Shown: positions 48,171 to 58,949, counted from the stretch's first letter. The stretch: 64,000 nucleotides of DNA from Vicinamibacterales bacterium (GCA_035534615.1 DATLRO010000101.1:23510-87509), one strand, 5' to 3'. The notes: generated by a model from the sequence alone, not told the origin. Made by a program: numbers and translations.

Positions 48171-49216
48171 CGGTCTCCGGGATCCTTGCACGCCGCCAGC
48201 GTCGCTTCGAGCTGGGCCAGCCGCTGTTCCAGTTCGGCCACCTGCTTCTTCAGCGCCGGCAGCCGGCGGAAGACGGCCGACGACTTCAGCCAGTCGCGGT
48301 TGTCGATCGCGGGATAGCCCGACACGAACGACTTCGGGGGGACGGAGTTGGGAATCCCCGTCTGCGCGCTCGCGACGGTCCCGTCCCCGATCGTCAGGTG
48401 CCCCGCGACGCCGACCTGGCCCGCCAGGACGACGCTGTCGCCGATGGTCGTGCTGCCGGCGATGCCGACCTGCGCCGCCAGCAGCGCGTGCCGCCCGATG
48501 ACCACGCCGTGGGCCACCTGCACCAGATTGTCGATCTTGGCGCCCTGGCGCACCCGCGTCTCGCCGACCGCCGGCCGATCGATCGTCGTGTTCGCGCCGA
48601 TCTCCACGTCGTCCTCGATGACGACCGCGGCGGTCTGCGGGATCTTCATGTAGCTGCCGTCTTCGCGCCGCACGAACCCGTACCCGTCGCTGCCGAGCAC
48701 CGCGCCGTCCTGCACGATGACCCGGGCGCCCACGACGACCCGCTCGCGGATGGACACGTGCGCGTGCAGCACGCACCGCTCGCCGATCGTCACCCCGGCG
48801 CCGATCGTCACGTTCGGATAGATGACCGTCCCCGCGCCGATCCGGGCCCGCGCCCCGACCACCACGAACGGGCCGATCGACACGTCCGGCCCGATCTCCG
48901 CGTCGGGCGCGATCGCGCTCAGCGGATCGATCCCGGGCGCAGGCAGCGCCGGGGCCACGAACATCTGCAGCGCTTCCGCAAACGCCAGGTACGGGTGGTC
49001 CGTGCGCAGCATGGCGCACGGCGCCTGCGGATCGTTCTCCCGCAGGATCACCGCCGCCGCCCGCGTCTGGTGGAGAGAGGAGGTGTAGCGCGGATTCGCG
49101 AAGAACGTCAGGTCGCCAGGCCCGGCCTGATCGATGCCGGTGACGCGGTACACCTCGACGTCCCCGTCCCCGTCGAGCCGGCACGCCAGATGATGAGCGA
49201 TCTCGCGGAGTCTCAA
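48167..49216 (-). CDS. lpxD: UDP-3-O-(3-hydroxyacyl)glucosamine N-acyltransferase
   Basis: 349 aa. N-terminal LpxD domain (..GDLTFFANPRY), left-handed beta-helix hexapeptide repeats and a C-terminal coiled coil. Confidence 0.93.
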   Translation of the reverse strand: MRLREIAHHLACRLDGDGDVEVYRVTGIDQAGPGDLTFFANPRYTSSLHQTRAAAVILRENDPQAPCAMLRTDHPYLAFAEALQMFVAPALPAPGIDPLSAIAPDAEIGPDVSIGPFVVVGARARIGAGTVIYPNVTIGAGVTIGERCVLHAHVSIRERVVVGARVIVQDGAVLGSDGYGFVRREDGSYMKIPQTAAVVIEDDVEIGANTTIDRPAVGETRVRQGAKIDNLVQVAHGVVIGRHALLAAQVGIAGSTTIGDSVVLAGQVGVAGHLTIGDGTVASAQTGIPNSVPPKSFVSGYPAIDNRDWLKSSAVFRRLPALKKQVAELEQRLAQLEATLAACKDPGDR

Positions 49217-49283
49217 GAGACTGTCGGAAGCGAAGAAAAAATTTCCGGTGGCGCCCGGCGCCGGACGCCCGCGGCGCAGTATA

Positions 49284-49961
49284 TCACGCGCTCCGCAGGG
49301 CCGCCCGCGTCACGAACTCCGGCAGGGCCGGCAGATGGAGGCGGTCGGCGATTTCGTGCAGCCGGCGGTCCCGATCCGCCGCCGGCAGCCCGAGCGCCCG
49401 ACGCAGATCCGACAGCGCCGCCTCGCCCCGGGCGCCCCACTGCACGCGCGCACGGCCGTGCCGGGCGCCGCGCATCGACAGGTAGTGCCCGACCGCGCTG
49501 AACGCGAAGTAGTACGCCACGAGGTTCGGCCCGGGCACCAGGGCGAGCAGCCCGGACACGATGAACGCCAGGCCGTCGACCACCAGCCAGATCCGGTGAC
49601 GGTCGGCGTCGCGCCGGAGCTGCGCGCGCACCAACTCGACCGCCAGCGCGTCGGTGCAGTCGTCCGGACGGACGATCGTCGCCGCCGTCAGGCCCCGCAG
49701 CCGCCACAGCAGCCGCTGCTCGCCGATGCGCCGGGCCAGGCTCCGCCGCATCCGCTCCCGCCAGCCCGCCCACGCCGTCCCGGCGCCCTCCGGCCCCGAT
49801 ACGTCCTCCCGTTCGACCCGCGCCAGGAAGTGCCTGATGCGGGTACGGACACGGCCGAGGAACCCGGTCGGGACCGGTCCGTCCTCGTGCACCTCGGCCG
49901 GCGGCACGTTGCTGTACAAGGCGTACTCGTCGTCACCGACAGGGATCAGATAAACGTCCAT
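49284..49961 (-). CDS. Hypothetical membrane-associated protein
   Basis: 225 aa from ATG 49959..49961 (GAGAGG SD). Central hydrophobic hairpin ..IWLVVDGLAFIVSGLLALVPGPNLVAYYFAFSAVGHY... No family assigned with confidence. Confidence 0.55.
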   Translation of the reverse strand: MDVYLIPVGDDEYALYSNVPPAEVHEDGPVPTGFLGRVRTRIRHFLARVEREDVSGPEGAGTAWAGWRERMRRSLARRIGEQRLLWRLRGLTAATIVRPDDCTDALAVELVRAQLRRDADRHRIWLVVDGLAFIVSGLLALVPGPNLVAYYFAFSAVGHYLSMRGARHGRARVQWGARGEAALSDLRRALGLPAADRDRRLHEIADRLHLPALPEFVTRAALRSA

Positions 49962-50142
49962 GCCCGCCTCTCGTACGATAACACAGCGGTTTTGCGCGCC
50001 GCGGCGCCGGACGCCGCCGGCCGTACGCGGGAGCGGCCGAGGACGCCCCGGCGACGTCCGTCCTGCACGGCCGCGCGCCGCGCGGTATAGTACCGAGGCC
50101 CGGCCTCCGCGCCGGCGCGTGGCATGACGGCGGATCGGCTCC

Positions 50143-51324
50143 GTGGACAACCTCACACACACCCTCTTCGGATTCACGCTCTCGCGGACACCGCTCGAGC
50201 GCGCCGGCCGCGGCACGACCGCCGCCCTGCTGCTCGCGTCCAACGCGCCGGACATCGACATCGTCACCGCCCTGCACGGCGGCCGGCTGGCCTACCTGGC
50301 CGATCACCGGGACGCGACGCACGGGGTGCTCGGCGGCCTCCTGCTGGCGGCCGCCACCGCCGCGATCGTCCGCCTCTGGTACGCACGGCCCTGGCGGCGG
50401 ACCCCGGCCCGGGTGCCGGACGATGCCGCGCCCGGCCGGGACGCGTCGTTTCCCGCGCTCCTGGGCGTCTCGCTCATCGGCGTCCTGTTTCACCTGCTGA
50501 TGGATCTGGCCACGCCCTACGGCACCCGGATCCTGAGCCCGTTCAGCGGCACCTGGTACGCGTTCGACTGGATGCCGGTCATCGACATCTATCTCTGGGC
50601 GATCCTGATCGCCTGCACGATCATGTGTCTCGTGAGGCCGGCGCAACGCCGGCGGATCGCCGCGGCGGCGCTCGTGCTGACGCTGGGGCTCTACGCGGTC
50701 CGCGCGACCGCGCATCAGGCCGCGCTGCACCAGGCGGCGGCAGAGGTCGCCGCCGAAGGGATCGCGCCCTGCACCCCGGGGGTCGATCCGGCGCGGGCAC
50801 CGCTGCTGGATCTGGCGTCCTGGTCCGATCGGCCCGCGGGTAAGATCGCCGCGCCGGCCGCCGGCGCGGCGATGGCCGCCCATCCCGGCGCCCCGGCGTG
50901 CCTCGTTCAGATGGCGGCGCTGCCGACCTACCTGTCGCCGTTCACGTGGCGGATCGTCGAACGCTTCCCCGACGCCTACGAACTGACCGACATCAACGTG
51001 CTGCCGGCGCTGCTGCCCTCGCTTTCCGGGCGCACCCGGGCGCCGGGCCAGCGGACCGTCCTCTGGTTTCCCGACCAGCACTCGCATTGGGTGGCCGATG
51101 CGGCCGCGGCGCCATCGGCCAGGGTTTTCCTGGAGTTCAGCCGGTTTCCGGCCGTGCGGACGGAACACGCGCACGGACGCGTCATCGTCCGATGGACCGA
51201 CGTCCGGTTTGGCGGTGGCATCACGCGTCTCAGGGGGCGCACGCCGGCGATTGACGCCTTCGGCGCCGTCGTGCAGCTCGACGAACAGGGCCGGATCCTC
51301 CACTGGAAGATCGGCAGCCGATAG
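50143..51324 (+). CDS. Membrane-bound metal-dependent hydrolase (YdjM/DUF457 family) with C-terminal extension
   Basis: 393 aa, GTG start. MDNLTHTLFGFTL...NAPDIDIV...HRDATHG motifs of the YdjM family. Confidence 0.8.
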   Translation: MDNLTHTLFGFTLSRTPLERAGRGTTAALLLASNAPDIDIVTALHGGRLAYLADHRDATHGVLGGLLLAAATAAIVRLWYARPWRRTPARVPDDAAPGRDASFPALLGVSLIGVLFHLLMDLATPYGTRILSPFSGTWYAFDWMPVIDIYLWAILIACTIMCLVRPAQRRRIAAAALVLTLGLYAVRATAHQAALHQAAAEVAAEGIAPCTPGVDPARAPLLDLASWSDRPAGKIAAPAAGAAMAAHPGAPACLVQMAALPTYLSPFTWRIVERFPDAYELTDINVLPALLPSLSGRTRAPGQRTVLWFPDQHSHWVADAAAAPSARVFLEFSRFPAVRTEHAHGRVIVRWTDVRFGGGITRLRGRTPAIDAFGAVVQLDEQGRILHWKIGSR

Positions 51325-51365
51325 GCCCCGAACACTGAGCACTGAGCACCGATCCCGGAGCCCCC

Positions 51366-52244
51366 ATGCCTTATCTCGGCGCCCACATGTCGGTTGCCGG
51401 CGGCCTGCCGCGCGCCGTCGATCGGGCCGTGCTGCACGGCTGCACCGCGCTGCAGATCTTCACCCGCCCCTCGGGCCAGTGGCGGGCGCGCGCGCTCGAA
51501 GAGGCGGAGGTCGAGGCGTTCCGGCGCAGCATCGCCGCGGCGCAGATCACCGCGCCGGTCGCGCATGCCAGCTATCTCATCAACCTGGCCACGACCAGGC
51601 CGCCGCTGCGCCGTCAGTCGCTCGCGGCCTTCGGCGACGAGCTCGACCGCGCCGAGGCGCTGGGGCTGCTCGGGGTCGTTCTGCACCCGGGTGCCTATAC
51701 GGACGGTACAGAGGAAGAGGGGCTCAGGCTGATTGCGGAAGGGCTCGGCGAACTGCTCGCCGCCCGGCCGGGCGGCCGATCGATGGTGCTGCTCGAGCAG
51801 ACCGCCGGCCAGGGGACCATGCTCGGACACCGGTTCGAGCAGCTCGCGTCGCTGATCGAACGGCTCGGCGGTCACCCCCGCGTCGGCGTCTGTCTGGACA
51901 CCTGCCACCTGCTGGCCGCCGGCTACGACCTCACGGCGCGCGAGGGATACGCCGCGACGTTCGAGACGTTCGAGCGGCTGATCGGTCTGGACCGCCTGAA
52001 GGTCGTCCACCTGAACGATTCGAAGAAGCCGTGCGGCAGCCGGGTCGACCGCCACGAGCACATCGGCCGCGGCTGCCTCGGCCTCGAGCCGTTCCGCTGG
52101 CTGCTGAACGATCCGCGCTTCGCCGCGCTGCCGATGGTGCTGGAGACCCCGAAGGGCCAGGCCGACGTGCGCGGGGCGATCGAGCGGGACCCGCTGGATG
52201 AGATGAATCTGTCGACGCTGCGGAGCCTGCTCGCGACCGCCTGA
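51366..52244 (+). CDS. nfo: Deoxyribonuclease IV (endonuclease IV)
   Basis: 292 aa. YLGAHMSVAGG.., ..VLHPG.., ..CLDTCH.., ..HLNDSK.. TIM-barrel AP endonuclease 2 motifs. GGAG SD. Confidence 0.92.
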   Translation: MPYLGAHMSVAGGLPRAVDRAVLHGCTALQIFTRPSGQWRARALEEAEVEAFRRSIAAAQITAPVAHASYLINLATTRPPLRRQSLAAFGDELDRAEALGLLGVVLHPGAYTDGTEEEGLRLIAEGLGELLAARPGGRSMVLLEQTAGQGTMLGHRFEQLASLIERLGGHPRVGVCLDTCHLLAAGYDLTAREGYAATFETFERLIGLDRLKVVHLNDSKKPCGSRVDRHEHIGRGCLGLEPFRWLLNDPRFAALPMVLETPKGQADVRGAIERDPLDEMNLSTLRSLLATA

Positions 52245-52255
52245 CGGGAGCCGGC

Positions 52256-52816
52256 TCAGGCCGGTTCCGCCGCGCCGGCGCGATCGTCGAAGACTTCCGC
52301 TTCGAACCGGGAGAGCCGCGCGCCATGCCGCCAGGCATCCGGGCGCAGCCCGGCCTTCGCGCACGTCTGGGCGAGGAACGTCTCCCGATCCCAGGCCCAT
52401 TCGGTGGCGACCTGCGGCAGCAGCAGACCGCGCCGTCCACCCTGTTCGGCCATGAGGCCATGCCGCCCGATTTCGATCCCGTGCGGGTCGTCCACCGGCT
52501 CGATCGGGCCGAGCACGGAGACTTCCATCTCGAGGTGCGGCAGCTCGTCGGCGGTCACGGGGCCGAAACGCGGGTCTTCGGTGGCGGCCGCGATGGCGCA
52601 GTGCACCACCGTGTCGCCCAGCGGCGGGCCGCCTTCCGGAGCGCCGATACAGCCGCGCAGCTCGCCGCCGCGGCGCAGCGTCACGAACGCGCCTGCCCGC
52701 AGATCGCCGAGCGCCTCGTCCGGCCCGGCCGCGGGGAGCGGCCGGCCCGCGAGATGCGCGGCAATCGCGTGCCGCGCCAGGCGGAGCAGGGCCGCCCGCT
52801 GCCCGTCCGTCAGCAT
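52256..52816 (-). CDS. AMMECR1 domain protein (AmmeMemoRadiSam system protein A-like)
   Basis: 186 aa. ..GAFVTLRRGGELRGCIG.. core AMMECR1 motif. Confidence 0.88.
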   Translation of the reverse strand: MLTDGQRAALLRLARHAIAAHLAGRPLPAAGPDEALGDLRAGAFVTLRRGGELRGCIGAPEGGPPLGDTVVHCAIAAATEDPRFGPVTADELPHLEMEVSVLGPIEPVDDPHGIEIGRHGLMAEQGGRRGLLLPQVATEWAWDRETFLAQTCAKAGLRPDAWRHGARLSRFEAEVFDDRAGAAEPA

Positions 52817-53676
52817 GGTCCGCCTCCGTTCCCGGCCGCGGCACGGTCACCGGCGGCGACCTCCACGAACGCGGCCGCCAGATAGCCGACGACCGCCGTC
52901 TTGTCGCCCGAGACATCGCCCGAATCGGCGTACTTGAGCGCCACCGCCCGGCGAGCGCCCAGGCTCGCGGCCGCCATCATCACCGAGACCGTCGGTCCGC
53001 CGCCGCAGGCGTGCTCCGGACACCGGACGAGCTCGTCCAGCAGGCCGTCGGCGTCGAACCGGCTGATCAGCTCGACCACCTGGCGGTCGAGCTGCCACGC
53101 GGCCGCGGCATCGTGGTAATGCGACAGGTCCGTGCTCGCCACCAGCAGCGCGCGCCGCCCGCGCAGCGCCGCGCCCAGCGCCGTTCCGAGCGCCCGCATC
53201 GTCTCGGGCACCTGATACCCCATCAGCAGCGGGACGATCGGCACGTCGGGCAGGAGCCGCCGGAGAAACGGCAGCTGCATCTCCAGGGAGTGCTCGCGGC
53301 GGTGCACGTCGATCAGCGCCCGGACGACCGGGGAGGCGGCCATCAGGTCGGCCGCGCAGGCGGCGTCGACGATGACCGGGCCGAGCGGCGTTTCGAACGC
53401 GCCGTCGGGCCAGACAGCGGCGCCGTCGAAGCCGGCGAAGTGCGAGGGGCCGACGAGCACCGCCACGTCGTACGATCCGCGGGCGGCGAGCCGGTAGGCA
53501 AAGGCGGCGACCGGCCCCGAGTACATCAGACCGGCGTGCGGCGCGACAATCGCCCGTACGTCGCCGGGCGGCACGTCGAGGACGGCCTGCTGGAGGTGGC
53601 GATCGACTTCCTGCGCGAGGGCGGCCGCCGACCCTGGATACCAGCTTCCGGCGACTGCGGCAGGACGGACCGGCAT
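52810..53676 (-). CDS. MEMO1 family protein (AmmeMemoRadiSam system protein B-like)
   Basis: 288 aa from the internal ATG 53674..53676. RPAAVAGSWYPG.., ..IVAPHAGLMYSG.., ..STDLSHYH.. motifs. Overlaps the AMMECR1 gene by 7 nt. Confidence 0.88.
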   Translation of the reverse strand: MPVRPAAVAGSWYPGSAAALAQEVDRHLQQAVLDVPPGDVRAIVAPHAGLMYSGPVAAFAYRLAARGSYDVAVLVGPSHFAGFDGAAVWPDGAFETPLGPVIVDAACAADLMAASPVVRALIDVHRREHSLEMQLPFLRRLLPDVPIVPLLMGYQVPETMRALGTALGAALRGRRALLVASTDLSHYHDAAAAWQLDRQVVELISRFDADGLLDELVRCPEHACGGGPTVSVMMAAASLGARRAVALKYADSGDVSGDKTAVVGYLAAAFVEVAAGDRAAAGNGGGPC

Positions 53677-53750
53677 GATCGGACTCTTCCGCGCGCCCCG
53701 GCGCGCCGGCCCGCGGCGCGTCGCGCGCGTACCCCATGTTAGCATCTGGC

Positions 53751-54050
53751 ATGGCGTCTTCGTTGACCGCCGCCGACGTGGAGCGGATCGCCGCGCTGGC
53801 GCATCTCGAGCTGGACGAGGCGGAAAAAGCGCTCTATACGAAGCAGCTCGCCGGCATCCTCGCCTACGCGGCCGAAATCCAGCAGATCGACACGACCGGC
53901 GTGCCGCCGACGTCCCACGTGCTCCCGCAGCAGTCCACGGAGCGCGACGACGAGGTGCGTCCGTCGCTGGCGCGCGAGGAGTCGCTGGGCAACGCGCCCG
54001 ACGCCTCGGTTGACGACGGCCTGTTCAAGGTCCCGAGGGTGATCGGATGA
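53751..54050 (+). CDS. gatC: Asp/Glu-tRNA amidotransferase subunit C
   Basis: 99 aa. MASSLTAADVERIAALAHLEL..E.....QL..IL.Y...I. An alternative ATG lies at 53736. The stop overlaps the gatA start (ATGA). Confidence 0.9.
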   Translation: MASSLTAADVERIAALAHLELDEAEKALYTKQLAGILAYAAEIQQIDTTGVPPTSHVLPQQSTERDDEVRPSLAREESLGNAPDASVDDGLFKVPRVIG

Positions 54051-55531
54051 CGCCGCCGCCGACCGCCGGCGCCCTGCGCGACGCCTTCGTCTCGGGCGCG
54101 CGGTCGGCCGACGACATCTGCCGCGCCGCGCTCGCCCGCATCGAGCGGCACGACCCGGCGCTGCACGCCTTCAACACCGTGGCGGCCGATCGCGCCCTGG
54201 CCCGGGCCGCGGAGCTCGACCGCTTCCGGGCCCGCTCCCGCACCGGCCTCGAGGCGCTGCCGCTCGCCGGCGTGCCGGTCGCCGTCAAGGACACCATCTG
54301 CACGCGCGGGATCCGGACGACCGCCTCCTCGCGGATGCTGGAGCAGTTCGTGCCGCCGTACGACGCCACGGTGATCATCCGCCTGGAACGCGCCGGCGCG
54401 ATCGTCATCGGCAAGACGAACTGCGACGAGTTCGCCATGGGATCGTCGAACGAGAACTCCGCGTTCGGACCGGTGCGCAATCCGTGGGATCGGGAGCGGA
54501 CGCCGGGGGGATCGAGCGGCGGATCCGCCGCCGCGGTCGCCGCCGCGCTGACGCCGATCGCCCTCGGCTCCGACACGGGCGGATCGATCCGGCAGCCGGC
54601 CGCCCTGTGCGGCGTCGTCGGGCTGAAGCCGGCGTACGGCCGCGTGTCGCGCTACGGGCTCATGGCGTTCGCCTCGTCGCTGGAGCAGATCGGGCCGTTC
54701 GGCCGCACGGTCGCCGACGCCGCGCACGTCCTCGAGGCGATCGCCGGCGTCGATCCGTGCGACGCGACGACCGTGTCCCTGCCCGTGCCCCCGCTGGCGG
54801 CCGGGTTGACCGGCGACATCCGCGGCCTGCGCATCGGCGTGCCGCGCGCCCTGCTGGACGAGGGGGTCGAGGCCGGCGTCCGGCGCGCCGTCACCGACGC
54901 GCTCGCCGTCCTGGAGGCCCGCGGCGGCCGGCTCGTCGACATCGATCTTCCCCGGGCGAAGCACGCCATTCCGGTCTACTACCTCGTGGCCACGGCCGAG
55001 GCCAGCTCGAACCTGGCGCGCTACGACGGCGTCCGCTACGGGTTCCGCGCGGCGCCGGAGGGCGACACCGATCTCCACACCATGTACTGCCGCACGCGCG
55101 ACCAGGGGTTCGGCCCGGAAGTGAAGCGGCGGATCATGCTCGGCACCTACGTCCTGAGCGCAGGCTACTACGAGGCGTACTACCTGAAGGCCCAGCAGGT
55201 GCGCACGCTCATCCGGCAGGACTACGAGGCCGCGTTCGAGCAGGTCGATGCCGTGGCGATGCCGACCAGCCCGACCGCCGCGTTCCGGCTCGGCGAGAAA
55301 CTGGCCGACCCGCTGCAGATGTACCTCGCCGACGTCTTCACCGTCAGCGCCAATCTCACCGGGCTGCCGGCCGTCAGCGTGCCGTGCGGCTTCACGCCCT
55401 CACGCCTGCCGGTCGGCCTGCAGCTGGTCGGACGGGGGTTCGACGAGGCGACCATTCTGCGGATCGCCGACGCGTACGAACGGGACACCGGATGGTGGGG
55501 ACAGATGCCGGAAGGCGTGGACGCGGCCTGA
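54047..55531 (+). CDS. gatA: Asp/Glu-tRNA amidotransferase subunit A
   Basis: 494 aa. Amidase signature GGSSGGSAAAVAA and KD..C.. motifs. Confidence 0.95.
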   Translation: MTPPPTAGALRDAFVSGARSADDICRAALARIERHDPALHAFNTVAADRALARAAELDRFRARSRTGLEALPLAGVPVAVKDTICTRGIRTTASSRMLEQFVPPYDATVIIRLERAGAIVIGKTNCDEFAMGSSNENSAFGPVRNPWDRERTPGGSSGGSAAAVAAALTPIALGSDTGGSIRQPAALCGVVGLKPAYGRVSRYGLMAFASSLEQIGPFGRTVADAAHVLEAIAGVDPCDATTVSLPVPPLAAGLTGDIRGLRIGVPRALLDEGVEAGVRRAVTDALAVLEARGGRLVDIDLPRAKHAIPVYYLVATAEASSNLARYDGVRYGFRAAPEGDTDLHTMYCRTRDQGFGPEVKRRIMLGTYVLSAGYYEAYYLKAQQVRTLIRQDYEAAFEQVDAVAMPTSPTAAFRLGEKLADPLQMYLADVFTVSANLTGLPAVSVPCGFTPSRLPVGLQLVGRGFDEATILRIADAYERDTGWWGQMPEGVDAA

Positions 55532-55569
55532 CGTGCGGTAAAGACGAGGGGAAGCGGCGGTGACAGCGC

Positions 55570-55890
55570 TCAGGCCGGCGTGCCCGGCGCCGGCGCCCGA
55601 CGCCGGGCGATCGCCCAGACGAGGGCCCCGACGAGCAGCAGCGGCAGCAGGAGCAACGCCAGCAGGGTGAACAGGGCCAGACCGCCGACCAGACCGAGGC
55701 CCAGACCGACCACCAGGATCGGCAGCGCCAGGACGAGCATCAGCGGCAGGAGGAGAACGCCGAGGATGAGCCGCAGCGGCAGCAGCACCAGCCAGACCCC
55801 GATCCGCACCGCGGTGATGGCGACCAGCGCGATGGCGCCGACGACCAGCGCCGCACCGAAGACCGTGGCAAAGACGCCCAGCTCAAACAT
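55570..55890 (-). CDS. Small hyper-hydrophobic Leu/Pro-rich membrane protein, unknown function
   Basis: 106 aa. Strong SD GGGAGGGAG. GC3-rich codons. Three to four TM segments with repeated LLPL/LLLPL. Confidence 0.6.
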   Translation of the reverse strand: MFELGVFATVFGAALVVGAIALVAITAVRIGVWLVLLPLRLILGVLLLPLMLVLALPILVVGLGLGLVGGLALFTLLALLLLPLLLVGALVWAIARRRAPAPGTPA

Positions 55891-55976
55891 GTCTCCCTCC
55901 CGCGCCCGGCCCGCAATCGGACCCCTGCCCGTATCGGACGGAAAGTGGCACGGCCGGGTTCCGCCGGCGTGACGGT

Positions 55977-56297
55977 CTACGCGTCCGGAGTGTCCGGCAC
56001 GACAGCGACGACGTGGGCGGGGATGGTGTAGGGGACCAGCCCGCGCCGGACTTCCTCCATCGCCACCCGCTCGGGCTTGTGAATCGCCTCGCCGTGGGCA
56101 CCGACGGTGGCCGGCACCGCGAGCAGGTCGATGCGGGGGACCGCCCCCCGGCGGAGCTGCTTGGCCCGCAGCGCGGCGATGTCGACGAACAGAAAGCGAT
56201 TCTGGGGCGGCTCCACCGGTTCGGCGGGGATTCTCGGCTGCGCCGCCGCAGGGGCCGGTGGCTCGACAGGCTCGATCGGCTGCTGTTCAACATTCAT
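55977..56297 (-). CDS. rpoZ: DNA-directed RNA polymerase omega subunit-like protein with Pro-rich N-terminal extension
   Basis: 106 aa. NRFLFVDIAALRAKQLRRGA...KPERVAMEEVRRGLV matches the RpoZ pattern NRF/Y..V..A..RA.QL..G....K....A..E...G.V. Confidence 0.6.
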   Translation of the reverse strand: MNVEQQPIEPVEPPAPAAAQPRIPAEPVEPPQNRFLFVDIAALRAKQLRRGAVPRIDLLAVPATVGAHGEAIHKPERVAMEEVRRGLVPYTIPAHVVAVVPDTPDA

Positions 56298-56337
56298 ACA
56301 GAGTCAGCGTAGCAACAAGCCGGCGGCGGCGGCAAGC

Positions 56338-56396
56338 AAAAACCGTGACCGGTGCGGCCGGCCGCGCCGCGCGTCGCGCGGCGTGACCGGCCGGCC
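56338..56396 (-). terminator. Long GC hairpin (core GCCGCGCG-T-CGCGCGGC, extended by GGCCGGCC arms) followed by T5, downstream of hsp20
   Basis: Read directly. Begins 8 nt after the hsp20 stop. The T5 run lies 13 nt after the stem, so it is not a canonical intrinsic terminator. Confidence 0.4.
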
Positions 56397-56404
56397 GGCG
56401 CCCG

Positions 56405-56857
56405 TCATTCCGAGACCCGCACCTCGATCTGCTTCGGTTTCGCTTCTTCCCGCAGCGGCAGCCGGATCGTCAGGACCCCGTTGCGGTAGTCGGCGCTCAC
56501 CTTGCCCGGATCGAGCGTCGGCGGCAGCGAGAACGACCGGCTGAACGAGCCGTAGCTGCGCTCGATCCGGTGGTACTGATCCTCCCGGATCGCGCTGTCG
56601 ATCTTCTTCTCGCCCTTCAGCGTGAGCGTGTTGTTCTCGACCGTGATCTGGATGTCTTCGCGCCGCATGTCCGGCAGCTCGGCCTTGATGACCAGCTCAT
56701 GGTTGCCGGCATCGTAGATGTCGACCGGCGGGATCCAGCTGCCGCGCCGCATCACGTCGTCTTCGCCGTGGCGGGCATACAGATCGCCGAACACCCGGTT
56801 CATCTCTTCCTGGAGGCCCGCCACGCTTCGGAACGGATCGAATCGCGCAATCGCCAT
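56405..56857 (-). CDS. Hsp20/alpha-crystallin family small heat-shock protein
   Basis: 150 aa from the internal ATG 56855..56857 (GAGGAGAAG SD). PPVDIYDAGNHELVIKAELPDMRREDIQITVENNTLTLKGEKK..ERSYGSFSRSFSLP..ADYRNGVLTIRLP. Confidence 0.93.
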   Translation of the reverse strand: MAIARFDPFRSVAGLQEEMNRVFGDLYARHGEDDVMRRGSWIPPVDIYDAGNHELVIKAELPDMRREDIQITVENNTLTLKGEKKIDSAIREDQYHRIERSYGSFSRSFSLPPTLDPGKVSADYRNGVLTIRLPLREEAKPKQIEVRVSE

Positions 56858-56970
56858 GGTCTTCTCCTCACTGTTTTGCACCCGTGGCCGGCTCGCGCCG
56901 GCCCGGGCCCGGTTCTGTCTGTGCGTGTCCTGTGCCGGCGCCGCCGGCGACGGCGGCGATCCGGCCGCGG

Positions 56971-58872
<1,902 letters not shown>

Positions 58873-58920
58873 GACTGTTTTCTCGCTCCTTACGTCTGCC
58901 GGAGTCCGCTTCCAGGACCC

Positions 58921-58949
58921 AATATACAACTGACATTAGCGTATTGCAA
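58921..58949 (-). promoter_or_regulatory. Sigma70-type promoter TTGCAA-N17-TATATT for dnaK inside an AT-rich island
   Basis: Read directly on the - strand. -35 at 58944..58949 and -10 at 58921..58926. About 48 nt lie between the -10 and the dnaK ATG. Confidence 0.6.

Noticed and set aside
51333-51349. Tandem heptamer CACTGAG x2.4 between ydjM and nfo
   Set aside because: It is too short to be meaningful and is probably chance or part of the nfo 5' UTR.
56922-56937. Second sigma54-like site CGGCAC-AGGAC-ACGCA upstream of hsp20 (56857)
   Set aside because: GG and GC are correctly spaced, but the flanking consensus (TGGCAC/TTGC) is poorly matched. In GC-rich DNA such matches are expected by chance.
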